Part shown: piece after piece, positions 15,241-24,742 of the stretch
Layout of the letters: the number at the start of each line of letters is the position of its first letter
Numbering within the stretch: the stretch's first letter is position 1
Source of the DNA: Candidatus Binatia bacterium
GTDB lineage: Bacteria > Patescibacteriota > Saccharimonadia > Saccharimonadales > UBA10212
DNA length: 40,605 nt
Assembly (NCBI GenBank): GCA_035542755.1
Contig: DATKKU010000041.1
Coordinates: 1 to 40,605, forward strand
Direction: 5' to 3'
Translations under genes and position numbers: made by a program
Notes under the pieces: generated by a model
What the model saw: the letters and a program-made list of their open reading frames with translations, nothing else
What the model was told of the DNA's origin: nothing
Databases searched by the model: none

Positions 15241-15837
15241 ATGAAATCAAAAAAATACAAAAACCTTGAAGAACTGATAGCTAAACTTCCAAATCATAGC
15301 TTCTCTATCAATGGAAAGCAGATGGAACCAGTCTGTCTTGTCATAGAGGGTAACAAGCGTCAGATTAGAAGGTCGTTTCGGGCCGCCGGCTGGTACTTAG
15401 CTGATAGCATTGGCTTTATTAGCACACTAAAGTCTGCAGTAAGCTCGCTACTCAATCTTAGCTACCGAGATGGTCCGATGTGGCCGTCGTATATCAATGG
15501 TAAAAAGCATCAACTCGGATTTGAGAGGCCCACCAAAACCGACACCTACCGTCGCCGTCACCACTTACGTCTTTGGACAACTGGCTTTAAGGTTGGTAAG
15601 AAAAGAGTTTGGGTTGGAACCATAAGTTACGACCGGGGCATAGGCCGCTTTAAGGGAAGTCTATTGCCGACTCATCATATAGGTCCAACTCTAGTTTTGG
15701 AGGAGGGTTATTTAGCTAGGACGTTTGATATTCAGGCCCCAAAGTACCTTAGGCTTGGTCAATCAGAGACGGGCGTTATAAACACTGGTGACGATTATGT
15801 TTGGGACGGTCGGGCCCTAATAATTAACTTAAAATAA
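15241..15837 (+). CDS. LssY C-terminal-domain-like protein (tentative)
   Basis: The first Met outside the tRNA is ATG 15241; the ORF-track start at 15190 lies inside tRNA-Ala. The RRHHLRLW...WVGTISYDRGIG pattern recalls the LssY_C family, from memory only. Confidence 0.55.
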   Translation: MKSKKYKNLEELIAKLPNHSFSINGKQMEPVCLVIEGNKRQIRRSFRAAGWYLADSIGFISTLKSAVSSLLNLSYRDGPMWPSYINGKKHQLGFERPTKTDTYRRRHHLRLWTTGFKVGKKRVWVGTISYDRGIGRFKGSLLPTHHIGPTLVLEEGYLARTFDIQAPKYLRLGQSETGVINTGDDYVWDGRALIINLK

Positions 15838-15840
15838 ACC

Positions 15841-16521
15841 ATGAGATTAAATGCTTATTTGGCCCGGGCTGGGGTGGCGTCGCGGCGGGGAGCCGACAAG
15901 CTGATTAAGGCCGGAAAAGTAGAAGTAAACGGTAAAATCGGACAGTTGAATGACAATGTCACAGATAATGATGTCGTTATATTGAATGGTCATCAGGTTA
16001 GATTGCAAAAAAGTCGCAATATACTGCTAAATAAGCCAGCTGGTTACGTGACGACCCTGCAGGACCCTGAAAATAGGCCAAAAGTTATTGACTTGATAAA
16101 CATTCCCGAGAGAGTGGTACCAGTGGGGCGGCTAGACTTTAATACTACGGGAGTTTTACTTTTGACTAACGATGGGGAGCTGGCAAACAGGCTAATGCAC
16201 CCCAGTTTCAAGGTTGATAAAGTCTACGAGGCCCAGGTACGCGGAAACATTACGGACGAGATACTTAACAAGTTAAGCATTGGCGTAGAACTGGATGACG
16301 GCATGACCGCACCAGCTAGCGCCAGGAAACTTGCGGATAACTGGCTAGAACTGACGATCCACGAGGGTCGCAAGCACCAGGTCAAGCGCATGCTGGACAC
16401 CGTTGGACTGCCCGTTAAGAAACTTCACCGCAGCCGCTACGGGAGTCTTAGTGTTGACGGTCTAAAGCCGGGACAATGGCGCGAGCTGTCGCCTGAGCAA
16501 CTGCGGAAAATGGTACAATAG
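15841..16521 (+). CDS. rRNA pseudouridine synthase, RsuA/RluB family
   Basis: N-terminal S4 domain (MRLNAYLARAGVASRRGADKLIKAGKVEVNG) and catalytic motif GRLDFNTTGVLLLTNDG. Confidence 0.92.
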   Translation: MRLNAYLARAGVASRRGADKLIKAGKVEVNGKIGQLNDNVTDNDVVILNGHQVRLQKSRNILLNKPAGYVTTLQDPENRPKVIDLINIPERVVPVGRLDFNTTGVLLLTNDGELANRLMHPSFKVDKVYEAQVRGNITDEILNKLSIGVELDDGMTAPASARKLADNWLELTIHEGRKHQVKRMLDTVGLPVKKLHRSRYGSLSVDGLKPGQWRELSPEQLRKMVQ

Positions 16522-16527
16522 CGAGCA

Positions 16528-17499
16528 ATGGCCAAACAATCAAAACTGTCTCCGTCCGGCAGGCGTCCGGCACGGGCTGGCAGAAATTCCAGTGTTAGCG
16601 AAAAAGCGGCGCTAGCCATGCGCCAGAGGCTTATGACCAAGAGGGTATTCCTTATTGGTGGGGCTTTTTTTGTTAGTCTGGCCGTCATTTTAACTTCTAT
16701 TTTTCTGTTTTATAAAGTCTACGCCAGCCCCGAGCGTGTGTTTTGGAGTATGGTCAATAATAATCTCGCTACGGACGGCATAACCAAGGAGTCGGTTACC
16801 GTCGGCAGCGGTACCACAAGCGATGATATCTTACAGATGGGATTTTCGCCGGAAGTCAAAGTCAGAGACGTAAAAATAATAACCAGCACCACAAAGCATT
16901 CGCAAATACAGTTGGAGACAATCGGAACCGTAAGCACCGATTACGAACGGTATCTCAACATAAAGAACCCTGGTTCTAAGGCAACCGCGGCACAATATCA
17001 GACTCTTTATAGCATGTGGCTAAAAAGTTCGGACAATCAGTCCAGCCAACCGCAGGCTGTTAATAACGCACTCTTTGGTGCGCTGTTATTTGGAAATTTT
17101 GATAGCGCACAGCGCTCAAAACTTCTGACTTCGTTAAAAAGTTCTTACATTGTTGATTTTGCGGATGTGGCCAGGCAAAATGTTAACTCCCGCCGCCTTT
17201 ATACCTATGATGTGCTGGTGCCGCTAAACAAATACGCCATGGTCGCTCACGACTATGCGCTCGCCAAAGGACTGCCCGTAGCCAGTCAAATAGACCCAGC
17301 TGCTTATAGCGACTCAACCCGGCTGCACGTTAAAATTACGGTTGATGTGCTGAGCCGCCAAGTGGTGAAGATTGAGTACGTCGACCAGGGAATTAACGAG
17401 AGTTATAGCGGCTATGGTATCCAGCCGGCATTTAATGCTCCGTTGCACACCGTAAGCCAGGCGGAATTTGAAAAAGCCGTCAATGCTGTCACCCAGTAG
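16528..17499 (+). CDS. hypothetical membrane-anchored extracytoplasmic protein
   Basis: 323-aa ORF with a basic N-terminus and one TM helix (VFLIGGAFFVSLAVILTSIFLF), then a soluble domain of unrecognised family. Confidence 0.55.
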   Translation: MAKQSKLSPSGRRPARAGRNSSVSEKAALAMRQRLMTKRVFLIGGAFFVSLAVILTSIFLFYKVYASPERVFWSMVNNNLATDGITKESVTVGSGTTSDDILQMGFSPEVKVRDVKIITSTTKHSQIQLETIGTVSTDYERYLNIKNPGSKATAAQYQTLYSMWLKSSDNQSSQPQAVNNALFGALLFGNFDSAQRSKLLTSLKSSYIVDFADVARQNVNSRRLYTYDVLVPLNKYAMVAHDYALAKGLPVASQIDPAAYSDSTRLHVKITVDVLSRQVVKIEYVDQGINESYSGYGIQPAFNAPLHTVSQAEFEKAVNAVTQ

Positions 17500-17554
17500 C
17501 CACCTCGCGTGCAAAGGCTGCATATTTTGGCCGCAGAGGTTAAACTAAAAACAT

Positions 17555-18829
17555 ATGCCAAAGAAATCGCTGAGAAATCTAGTAGCGGCAATTTTAGGCC
17601 GGCAGGTTAAACGTTTACGGCAGCGTCATAAAATGCAAGTCGTGGCTGTAACCGGCAGTATTGGCAAAACCAGCACTAAACTGGCGATTGCTAGTGTTTT
17701 AAGCCAAGGCTTTAATGTGCGCTATCAAAAGGGTAATTACAACCACCCGGTGACCGTACCGCTAATCTTCTTTGGCCAGCAGGAGCCAAGTTTGTTTAAT
17801 CCGTTTGCGTGGTTAGTCATATTTATCAAAAACGAGATTAAAATCCGCAAGCGTTTTCCATACGAGGTCGTGGTGGTGGAGCTAGGTACCGATGGGCCAG
17901 GGCAGATAGCCGAGTTTAAAAACTTTTTAAGAGTTGATATTGGTTTGGTGACGGCAATCACCCCAGAGCATATGGAGTTCTTTGCCGATTTAGACGCAGT
18001 TGCTGCTGAAGAACTTTACCTGGGCAAGCTTTCCAGACAACTTCTTATAAATAGCGATTTAGCGGATGCTAAATACCTAAAGGGCTTAGACGCAGAAACC
18101 TACGGCATTAAACAGCCAGCTAATTTTAGACTGACTTCAGTAAAATTTGACGGCGACGAGGCTAGTTTTGACCTGCACGCCCAAGGTCATGACAGTTTAC
18201 ATTCTGGTCATCAAAAAATTACCGAGCCGCAACTATATTCTATTTGTGCCGCCGCCGCGGTTGGTTACTTGCTCAAAATGTCACCAAAGCAGATTGACGA
18301 AGGTATTCGCAATATCCCCCCGGTTAGCGGGCGCATGCAACACCTTGAAGGTGCGGCTGGCTCGGGGATAATCGATGACACTTACAATGCAAGTCCAGTC
18401 GCGATGCTTGCTGCACTAGACACGTTATATCGGCTTAGCGCAAAAAAGAAGATTGCGATATTGGGCAACATGAATGAGCTGGGGCATTTTTCGGCAGAGG
18501 AGCACAAAGCAATTGGTGAATACTGCGACCCGCGGCAGCTTAAACTAGTGGTCACAATTGGCCCCGACGCCAATGCCTATCTGGCAACCGCCGCCAAAGC
18601 CAAAGGCTGCCAGGTACAAACTTTTAACGACCCATACTCAGCCGGCCAATACCTTAGACCGCTTTTGGACGAGGATACTATAGTCCTAGCCAAAGGCTCT
18701 CAAAATAAAGTCTTTGCCGAGGAAGCCGTAAAGCTGCTGCTAGCCAACCCGGACGACGCCGTAAAATTGGTGCGCCAAAGCCCCAAGTGGCTAAAGACCA
18801 AGCGACGCAACTTCTCTGTTAAAATGTAA
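17555..18829 (+). CDS. murF: Mur ligase, UDP-MurNAc-tripeptide--D-Ala-D-Ala ligase (MurF-like)
   Basis: P-loop VAVTGSIGKTSTK, motifs GRMQ and IDDTYNASP, and a C-terminal Mur ligase domain. Confidence 0.8.
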   Translation: MPKKSLRNLVAAILGRQVKRLRQRHKMQVVAVTGSIGKTSTKLAIASVLSQGFNVRYQKGNYNHPVTVPLIFFGQQEPSLFNPFAWLVIFIKNEIKIRKRFPYEVVVVELGTDGPGQIAEFKNFLRVDIGLVTAITPEHMEFFADLDAVAAEELYLGKLSRQLLINSDLADAKYLKGLDAETYGIKQPANFRLTSVKFDGDEASFDLHAQGHDSLHSGHQKITEPQLYSICAAAAVGYLLKMSPKQIDEGIRNIPPVSGRMQHLEGAAGSGIIDDTYNASPVAMLAALDTLYRLSAKKKIAILGNMNELGHFSAEEHKAIGEYCDPRQLKLVVTIGPDANAYLATAAKAKGCQVQTFNDPYSAGQYLRPLLDEDTIVLAKGSQNKVFAEEAVKLLLANPDDAVKLVRQSPKWLKTKRRNFSVKM

Positions 18830-18832
18830 TAG

Positions 18833-21298
18833 ATGAAACGCTACAATCCGCAGGAGCTGGAGCCCAAATGGCAAAAGATTTGGGAAGAATCTAAGATTTA
18901 CAGTGCTAATTTGGGTAGCCAAAAGCCCAAATATATTGGTTTTGGTATGTTTAACTACCCCAGCGGCGCCGGTATCCACGTAGGCCATGTCCGAAATTAC
19001 ACCATTCCTGATGTAATAACTCGCTTTAAGCGCCAGCAGGGTTTTGAAGCTTATCAGCCGGTCGGCTGGGATTCTTTTGGTCTGCCGGCCGAGAACTTTG
19101 CCATCAAAACCGGCGTCTCGCCCCAGGAATCCACTAGCAAAGCCATTGAAAAGTATCAGCGGCAATACCGTGCCATGGGCTGGGCTGTAGACTGGGATAA
19201 AGAAATTAATACTACTGACCCCGGCTACTACAAGTGGACGCAGTGGGCGTTTTTGAAATTATTTGAAAACGACCTAGCTTATCAAAAAGAAAGTCCGCAG
19301 TGGTGGTGTCCGCACGACAAAACTGTTCTGGCTGATGAACAGGTTGAGAATGGGCGATGCTGGCGCTGCGGGCACGTGGTGGAGCGCAGGAATCTAAAGC
19401 AGTGGTTCTTTAAAATTACACGCTACGCCGATGAAATTTTGGAAGCCACCGATGAGCTGGACTGGACGCCGGCCGTCAAAGCTAGCCAAAAGGCCTGGAT
19501 TGGCCGCAGCGAGGGAATTATCTATACCAATAAAGTCCGCGATACGGACCTTAAAATTGAATCCTTTTCGGCCCACTTTGAAGCCTTTACGGCCAACACC
19601 TTTGTTGCAATTGCTCCGGACCACCCTTTCTTGCCCACACTGCTGGAAGGAATTGCTAAAAAAGACGAGATTCTAGACTTAGCCAAAAAGATGGCGCTCA
19701 AACGCGATTTGGAAGGCCCGGAAGGCCTGGAGAAGCTGGAAGGTATTTTTACGGAGCGTTACGCGATTGATATTTTTGGTGACGAGGATTTGCCAATTTG
19801 GATTACCAACTATGCCCTAGCCGATTACGGGACTGGCATTGTGCTTTGCTCGGCTCACGATGAACGCGACTTTGCCTTTGCCAAGAAATACGGTATTCGC
19901 CTAAAGCCGACTATGCTGCCAATAGACCCCGCCGAAGCCGAAAAAGTGAAAAATCTGGAGTACTGTTTTACTGATATGAAAAACGGCGTTTTAACGGAGC
20001 CAGAGCAATTTAAGGGCAAAGTTGCGGCCAGCAACAGACAGGAAATAGTGCGCTTTTTGCAGCACGAGGGCTATGCCAGAGCCGAAGTTAAGTACAAAAT
20101 TCGCGACTGGCTGATTAGCCGCCAGCGGTACTGGGGCGCGCCGATTCCGATTATTCACTGCCCTAAGTGCGGCGCCGTACCGGTGCCCGAAAAAGACTTG
20201 CCGGTACTGCTACCGGAAATTAAAAAGTATCAGCCAACTGGCGGCAACGTTTCGGTACTGGCTGGGGTTGAAGATTGGGTAAATGTAGACTGCCCGAAGT
20301 GTGGCGGTAAAGCCAAGCGCGAGACCGATACTATGGACGGCTATGTCTGCAGCAGCTGGTATTTTCTGCGCTATCTAAGCCCTCACGACGATAAGCAAGC
20401 CTGGAGTATGGAATTAGCCCAAAAGTGGCTGCCAGTAGACTTTTATAACGGTGCCGACCACGCCACGGCCCACCTGCTATATGCCCGATTTTTCACACGC
20501 TTTTTCCATGGCCTGGGCCTGGTCGGTACGCCAGAGCCATTTGCCAAAATGGTCTATAACGGTAAAGTTAAAGCCGCCGATGGCTCGGCCTTTAGCAAGA
20601 GCAAAGGCAACGGCGTTGACCCGCTAGAAATTATAGAAAGTGGCTATGGTGCCGATGCCCTGCGAATTTACGAGATGTTTGCCGCACCGGTGGAGCTGGA
20701 CGTGCTTTGGGACCCGCAAGGGGTGCCGGGAAGCTACAGATTTTTGAGCAGGGTTTGGACACTGGTTCACGAATTTCTGGAAGCCAAAAGTGGAGAAAAC
20801 AGCATCAGCTCAACGCAGCTGCTGCGGGTGTCTCAAAAAACGGCCAAAAAAGTTACCGAGCATATTGAAGCCGGCAAGTTTAATACGGCCATCTCGTTTT
20901 TGATGGAACTGACCAATGAGTTGTATAAAATCAAGGCCTTTGAAGATATTTTTGAGTCCGAGGGCTGGCGTGAGGCACTTCAAACTCTTATCCAGTTGCT
21001 GGCTCCCTTTGCTCCGCATATAACTGAAGAACTTTGGCAGGAACTGGGCAACAACACCTCGGTGCATATCAGCGGTTGGCCTGCCTGGGACGAAGATTTA
21101 ATTAAAGACGAGATGATAACCCTGGCCGTGCAGATTAATGGCAAAGTGCGCTCCGAAATTATTGTGGAGGCAGACATTAGCGAGGCAGAGGCCATTGAAG
21201 CCGCAAAAGATGACGCCAAGGTGGCCGAATATCTGAAGGGCAAAACTGTTAAAAAACAAATCTACATTCCGGGTCGCTTGGTCAGCCTGGTTATTTAA
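18833..21298 (+). CDS. leuS: leucine--tRNA ligase
   Basis: 821 aa. HIGH-type motif (GIHVGHVRNY), CP1 editing insertion, KMSKS-type motif (FSKSKGN), and Zn-binding CxxC pairs. Confidence 0.96.
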   Translation: MKRYNPQELEPKWQKIWEESKIYSANLGSQKPKYIGFGMFNYPSGAGIHVGHVRNYTIPDVITRFKRQQGFEAYQPVGWDSFGLPAENFAIKTGVSPQESTSKAIEKYQRQYRAMGWAVDWDKEINTTDPGYYKWTQWAFLKLFENDLAYQKESPQWWCPHDKTVLADEQVENGRCWRCGHVVERRNLKQWFFKITRYADEILEATDELDWTPAVKASQKAWIGRSEGIIYTNKVRDTDLKIESFSAHFEAFTANTFVAIAPDHPFLPTLLEGIAKKDEILDLAKKMALKRDLEGPEGLEKLEGIFTERYAIDIFGDEDLPIWITNYALADYGTGIVLCSAHDERDFAFAKKYGIRLKPTMLPIDPAEAEKVKNLEYCFTDMKNGVLTEPEQFKGKVAASNRQEIVRFLQHEGYARAEVKYKIRDWLISRQRYWGAPIPIIHCPKCGAVPVPEKDLPVLLPEIKKYQPTGGNVSVLAGVEDWVNVDCPKCGGKAKRETDTMDGYVCSSWYFLRYLSPHDDKQAWSMELAQKWLPVDFYNGADHATAHLLYARFFTRFFHGLGLVGTPEPFAKMVYNGKVKAADGSAFSKSKGNGVDPLEIIESGYGADALRIYEMFAAPVELDVLWDPQGVPGSYRFLSRVWTLVHEFLEAKSGENSISSTQLLRVSQKTAKKVTEHIEAGKFNTAISFLMELTNELYKIKAFEDIFESEGWREALQTLIQLLAPFAPHITEELWQELGNNTSVHISGWPAWDEDLIKDEMITLAVQINGKVRSEIIVEADISEAEAIEAAKDDAKVAEYLKGKTVKKQIYIPGRLVSLVI

Positions 21299-21392
21299 GA
21301 GGTTTCTCTATCTTGCTCCTCAAGGTGTTTTTTGCTAGAATTAGGCCAAGCTACAAGGTATTAATGTTCTTTTAAGGAGTGATGTTTGCTTT

Positions 21393-21545
21393 ATGGGTAA
21401 ACCCAAAAAACGGACTAGTTCGCGTCGGACCGGCATGCGCCGCAGCCATTTATTTGGTAAGCTAGCTCGCCGCGTCAATGCCACCAGCCCAGTGAAGGTG
21501 ACTACCAAAAAAGCCAAGGTTTCTCCCCCTAAGAACGACACCTAA
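21393..21545 (+). CDS. rpmF: 50S ribosomal protein L32 (below the ORF-track cutoff)
   Basis: AAGGAG (21374-21379) lies upstream of ATG 21393. The product MGKPKKRTSSRRTGMRRSHLFGK... matches the L32 N-terminal signature (PKKRTS.SRR..RR.H). The opposite-strand ORF 21341-21541 is its shadow. Confidence 0.85.
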   Translation: MGKPKKRTSSRRTGMRRSHLFGKLARRVNATSPVKVTTKKAKVSPPKNDT

Positions 21546-21632
21546 ACGAAAGCTCCGGGACTATATTCTAGCAACGCTGGAGTATACTAATAGGTATAGC
21601 CAGCAAAAAGCCAAAAGGAATAATTTAACAAT

Positions 21633-22112
21633 ATGGCAAGCAACCGACACCTTGGACGTATCGTAGCGCTGCAAACCCTGTACGAACAGGATTTTCGGCG
21701 TGAAGTAGAAGACCCAAACTTTGATTTAGACGAGGTGCTGAAGCGCAACATCGGACGCTATCAGGACACCATTGACGATAAAGATTTTATTGTCAAACTG
21801 GTCCACGGCGTTGATGAACACTCCCAGCAGTTGGACGATATGATTGCGCCGGTGGCGCCGGAATGGCCGATAGAACAAATCGCCCGCATGGACCGCATAA
21901 TTCTGCGAATCGGCGTGTTTGAGCTAACTTTTGATAAATCGGTGCCGCCAAAAGTTGTTATTAATGAGTCCGTGGAACTGGCTAAAGCCTTTGGCGGCGA
22001 TAATTCATCAAAGTTCATTAATGGGGTGCTGGGTACAATTTTGCGGGCCAAGGAAGCCAAGCCCAAAAAAGCTGCCGCCAGCAAGACGGTTAAAAAAGTC
22101 AAAAAAAGTTAG
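21633..22112 (+). CDS. nusB: transcription antitermination factor NusB
   Basis: RIVALQTLYEQDF...ILRIGVFEL...INESVELAKAFG...FINGVLG, the typical NusB pattern, plus a Lys-rich tail. Confidence 0.9.
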   Translation: MASNRHLGRIVALQTLYEQDFRREVEDPNFDLDEVLKRNIGRYQDTIDDKDFIVKLVHGVDEHSQQLDDMIAPVAPEWPIEQIARMDRIILRIGVFELTFDKSVPPKVVINESVELAKAFGGDNSSKFINGVLGTILRAKEAKPKKAAASKTVKKVKKS

Positions 22113-22125
22113 GTAGATCTAAAGC

Positions 22126-22626
22126 ATGAAGCGACCCAAGCCCTTACACGGCTTTAAAAAATTTGTCAGTGACCATCGCCCGGCGATTCGCGAAGTGGTT
22201 CGCGAGCCGACGGCTGGTGGTATAATTTTTCGCCGCTCGCCCAAGAGCTCGGGAGTTGAGATTTTGCTAATCGCCGACTCTAAGGGTCGCTGGACCATCC
22301 CGAAAGGTCATATAGAAGAGGGCGAAACCCCCCGCCAAACCGCCGAGCGCGAAATTCAAGAGGAAACCGGGCTGGTAAAAATGAGGATGATGGACTGGTT
22401 GGGAAAGATTAATTTTCGTTACCGCCGGGCCAACACTCTTGTTTTAATGACCACCGAGATTTTTCTGGTGCAGGCTCAAGGCGATACAGATAAGATAGTG
22501 CCACAGGATTGGATGACCGACATTAAGTGGTTGCCGGCCGCCGAAGCCCTGGATAAAATTGAGTACGAAGACATCGGCAAGCTGATACTGCTGGGGCTAA
22601 ACAATATAAGAAAGACCACCGCTTAA
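22126..22626 (+). CDS. NUDIX hydrolase
   Basis: Intact Nudix box [23 protein letters not shown]. Confidence 0.88.
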   Translation: MKRPKPLHGFKKFVSDHRPAIREVVREPTAGGIIFRRSPKSSGVEILLIADSKGRWTIPKGHIEEGETPRQTAEREIQEETGLVKMRMMDWLGKINFRYRRANTLVLMTTEIFLVQAQGDTDKIVPQDWMTDIKWLPAAEALDKIEYEDIGKLILLGLNNIRKTTA

Positions 22627-22646
22627 AGGAGCAAAACAACATATTT

Positions 22647-23387
22647 ATGGACATTTCTAAGTACCAGGCCTATGCCGACCAACATTTAGGAGGATTTACC
22701 GACATCAACCTACTGGTCACCGCCTTTACCCACCGTAGCTACATCAACGAGCACAAAAAAACCGCCGCCGAGCATAACGAGCGGCTGGAGTTTTTGGGCG
22801 ATGCTGTGCTGGAGCTGGTGGTTACTCAGCACCTTTATAACAATTACAAAGAGCCGGAAGGTATTTTGACCAACTGGCGGAGCGCACTAGTTAGGACTGA
22901 AAGTATCAGCGCAGCTTCTGAGCGAGAAGGTTTTGAACCCCTGCTTCGGCTATCTCGCGGCGAAAAACGGGCCAATTCTGCCCGAGCCCGCGAGCAGATT
23001 TTGGCCAATGTTTACGAAGCTGTTACCGGCGCCATTTATCTAGAAAAAGGTTACGAGGCCGCCAAAGAATTTATTGAGCGCACGCTGCTGCCAATGCTGC
23101 CCCAAATCTTAGAGACCGGCGCTTGGCTGGACCCCAAATCTCGTTTGCAGGAGGCTGTTCAAAGCCAGGAAGGCTTTACGCCTGTCTATAAAGTCCTAAG
23201 CGAGGAGGGACCCGACCACGACAAAACCTTTGTAGTGGGCGTATTTGTTAATAACGAACTCAAGGGCCAGGGAACCGGCCCGAGCAAGCAGGTGGCCCAG
23301 GTTGCATCGGCTGGCGCAGCTCTTAAAACTTACGGAGTTAAGGCTCCGGCAGCAAAACCGCAGGAAGCCGAGCAGATAACACCTTGA
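22647..23387 (+). CDS. rnc: ribonuclease III
   Basis: Signature ERLEFLGDAVLELVV and a C-terminal dsRBD (DPKSRLQE...GPDHDKTF...G.G.SKQVAQ..AA). Confidence 0.95.
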   Translation: MDISKYQAYADQHLGGFTDINLLVTAFTHRSYINEHKKTAAEHNERLEFLGDAVLELVVTQHLYNNYKEPEGILTNWRSALVRTESISAASEREGFEPLLRLSRGEKRANSARAREQILANVYEAVTGAIYLEKGYEAAKEFIERTLLPMLPQILETGAWLDPKSRLQEAVQSQEGFTPVYKVLSEEGPDHDKTFVVGVFVNNELKGQGTGPSKQVAQVASAGAALKTYGVKAPAAKPQEAEQITP

Positions 23388-23421
23388 CGAGAAGCCCTCT
23401 AATCTGTAAAATTACCTGGAC

Positions 23422-23985
23422 ATGTTAGCAATCCGAATGCAGAGGACCGGCCGCAAGGGACACACCCAGTTTAGGGTGATTGTTCAAGACAGTCGCTTCA
23501 GCCCGACCAGTGGTCGGGTAGTGGCCTATTTGGGCAGTTATGACCCACACGCCAAGACTACTACGCTTGATAAAGACAAAGCCAAGACCTATCTTAGCAA
23601 CGGCGCTCAGCCGTCTGAGCGAGTAGTTCGGTTGCTAAAAAGCGAGGGTGTAAAGCTGCCTTCTTGGGCGAGCAAACCATCAACCCAGAAGCGGGTTATT
23701 AAAAACTCCGACAAACTACGCCGCAATCGTCCAGCGGGCGCGCCTGCTCCGGCAGCCGAGGTTGCCGAACAACCAGCTGCTGAAGCCGAGTCTACCGAGG
23801 CGGTAGAACCAACTGCTGAGGAAACTGCCGCAGCACCAGACGCCGCGCCAGAGACTGAAGCTGTATCAGCAGAACCCGAAGCAGAAGCCGCGGCTCCCGA
23901 GGCTAAAGAACCTACGGCCGAGTCAAAAGTAGAACCAGCCGAGGTCCCCGACGCGGCAGCCGAAGCTCCTGAGGCCAAGGAATAA
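23422..23985 (+). CDS. rpsP: 30S ribosomal protein S16 with ~100-aa Ala/Glu/Pro-rich C-terminal extension
   Basis: MLAIRMQRTGRKGHTQFRVIVQDSR...GSYDP S16 core, then a low-complexity AEAESTEAVEPTAEE... tail. Confidence 0.9.
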   Translation: MLAIRMQRTGRKGHTQFRVIVQDSRFSPTSGRVVAYLGSYDPHAKTTTLDKDKAKTYLSNGAQPSERVVRLLKSEGVKLPSWASKPSTQKRVIKNSDKLRRNRPAGAPAPAAEVAEQPAAEAESTEAVEPTAEETAAAPDAAPETEAVSAEPEAEAAAPEAKEPTAESKVEPAEVPDAAAEAPEAKE

Positions 23986-24016
23986 TTTTAAAAAGTAGTC
24001 ACTTGCTCGTGGCTGC

Positions 24017-24106
24017 TATAACCTCGTAGTGAGCTTTCCAGATTAGCTGCTAGGCAGCTGTATCCGATCTCGGGCCGATAGACTGGAAAGTCTACTACGA
24101 GGTATA
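24017..24106 (+). other. long imperfect hairpin / three-way-junction-like structure in the rpsP-KH spacer
   Basis: The outer arms TATAACCTCGTAGTGAGCTTTCCAG (24017-24041) and CTGGAAAGTCTACTACGAGGTATA (24083-24106) pair over ~20 bp. An inner hairpin AGCTGC-TAG-GCAGCT lies at 24044-24058. The 3' arm overlaps a TATAAT at 24103-24108. Confidence 0.5.
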
Positions 24107-24145
24107 ATAAAAATAGCAACTTGATTTATAAAGAGGAGACTGACT

Positions 24146-24640
24146 ATGGCCGTAAGTATAGACCAGCAATTTATTGAATATATTGTAAAATCCCTAGTCG
24201 GCAAGCCAGATGCCGTTAAAATAGAGCGCCGGATTGATGAAAAGGGCGTTCTGCTAGAGCTGACCGTGGACCAAGAAGATCTTGGCCGAGTTATCGGCAA
24301 GCGCGGTGCTACAGCCCAAAGTTTGCGCACACTTTTGCGCGCGCTTGGTACCAAGAATGATGCCCGCTATAACCTAAAAATTATAGATGTTGGCGACCCA
24401 CGCCCACCACGTGAACCATCCGCGTCTGACGACAAGCCCAAGAAAAAGTCTGATGATAAGCCAGCCAGCGACGACGCGCCGGCCAAAGACGACAAAGTTG
24501 CCGCTGCGCCCGCCAAGGACGAGCCGGATGACGTTGCTACCGCCACCGAAGATGACGGTATTTCTCCGTCCACAGAAAAAGAGACTTTGGCCGACAGGAC
24601 TCGCAAAGAACTGGCCGAGCTCGACGACCTAGACGTTTAA
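24146..24640 (+). CDS. KH-domain RNA-binding protein (KhpA/YlqC-like) with acidic disordered tail
   Basis: AGGAG RBS. IVKSLVGKPDAVKIE...LGRVIGKRGATAQSLRTLL KH core, then a D/K/P/A-rich tail. Confidence 0.85.
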   Translation: MAVSIDQQFIEYIVKSLVGKPDAVKIERRIDEKGVLLELTVDQEDLGRVIGKRGATAQSLRTLLRALGTKNDARYNLKIIDVGDPRPPREPSASDDKPKKKSDDKPASDDAPAKDDKVAAAPAKDEPDDVATATEDDGISPSTEKETLADRTRKELAELDDLDV

Positions 24641-24742
24641 AACGTCCAATAAATACTGCTTTTTGCGAAGAGGTAGGCTATTTGCAACCTTTGATATATT
24701 AATCTCCCGTGCTAACCTGAAGTTGAATCTAAAAAATAAAAA

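Noticed and set aside
21341-21541. 66-aa minus-strand ORF
   Set aside because: The plus strand encodes a textbook L32 (rpmF) with an RBS. The minus ORF is its shadow.
22126-22626. Linking the intact NUDIX hydrolase at 22126 to the NrtR/NAD locus
   Set aside because: It lies 16 kb away in a nusB-rnc housekeeping context, and I saw no GT-N7-AC palindrome upstream. There is no evidence of a connection.
23607-24606. Antisense ORFs 23607-23978(-), 24043-24354(-), 24367-24606(-) and 24387-24632(+)
   Set aside because: They lie opposite to, or out of frame with, the low-complexity tails of S16 and the KH protein. They are repeat-driven open frames without signals.
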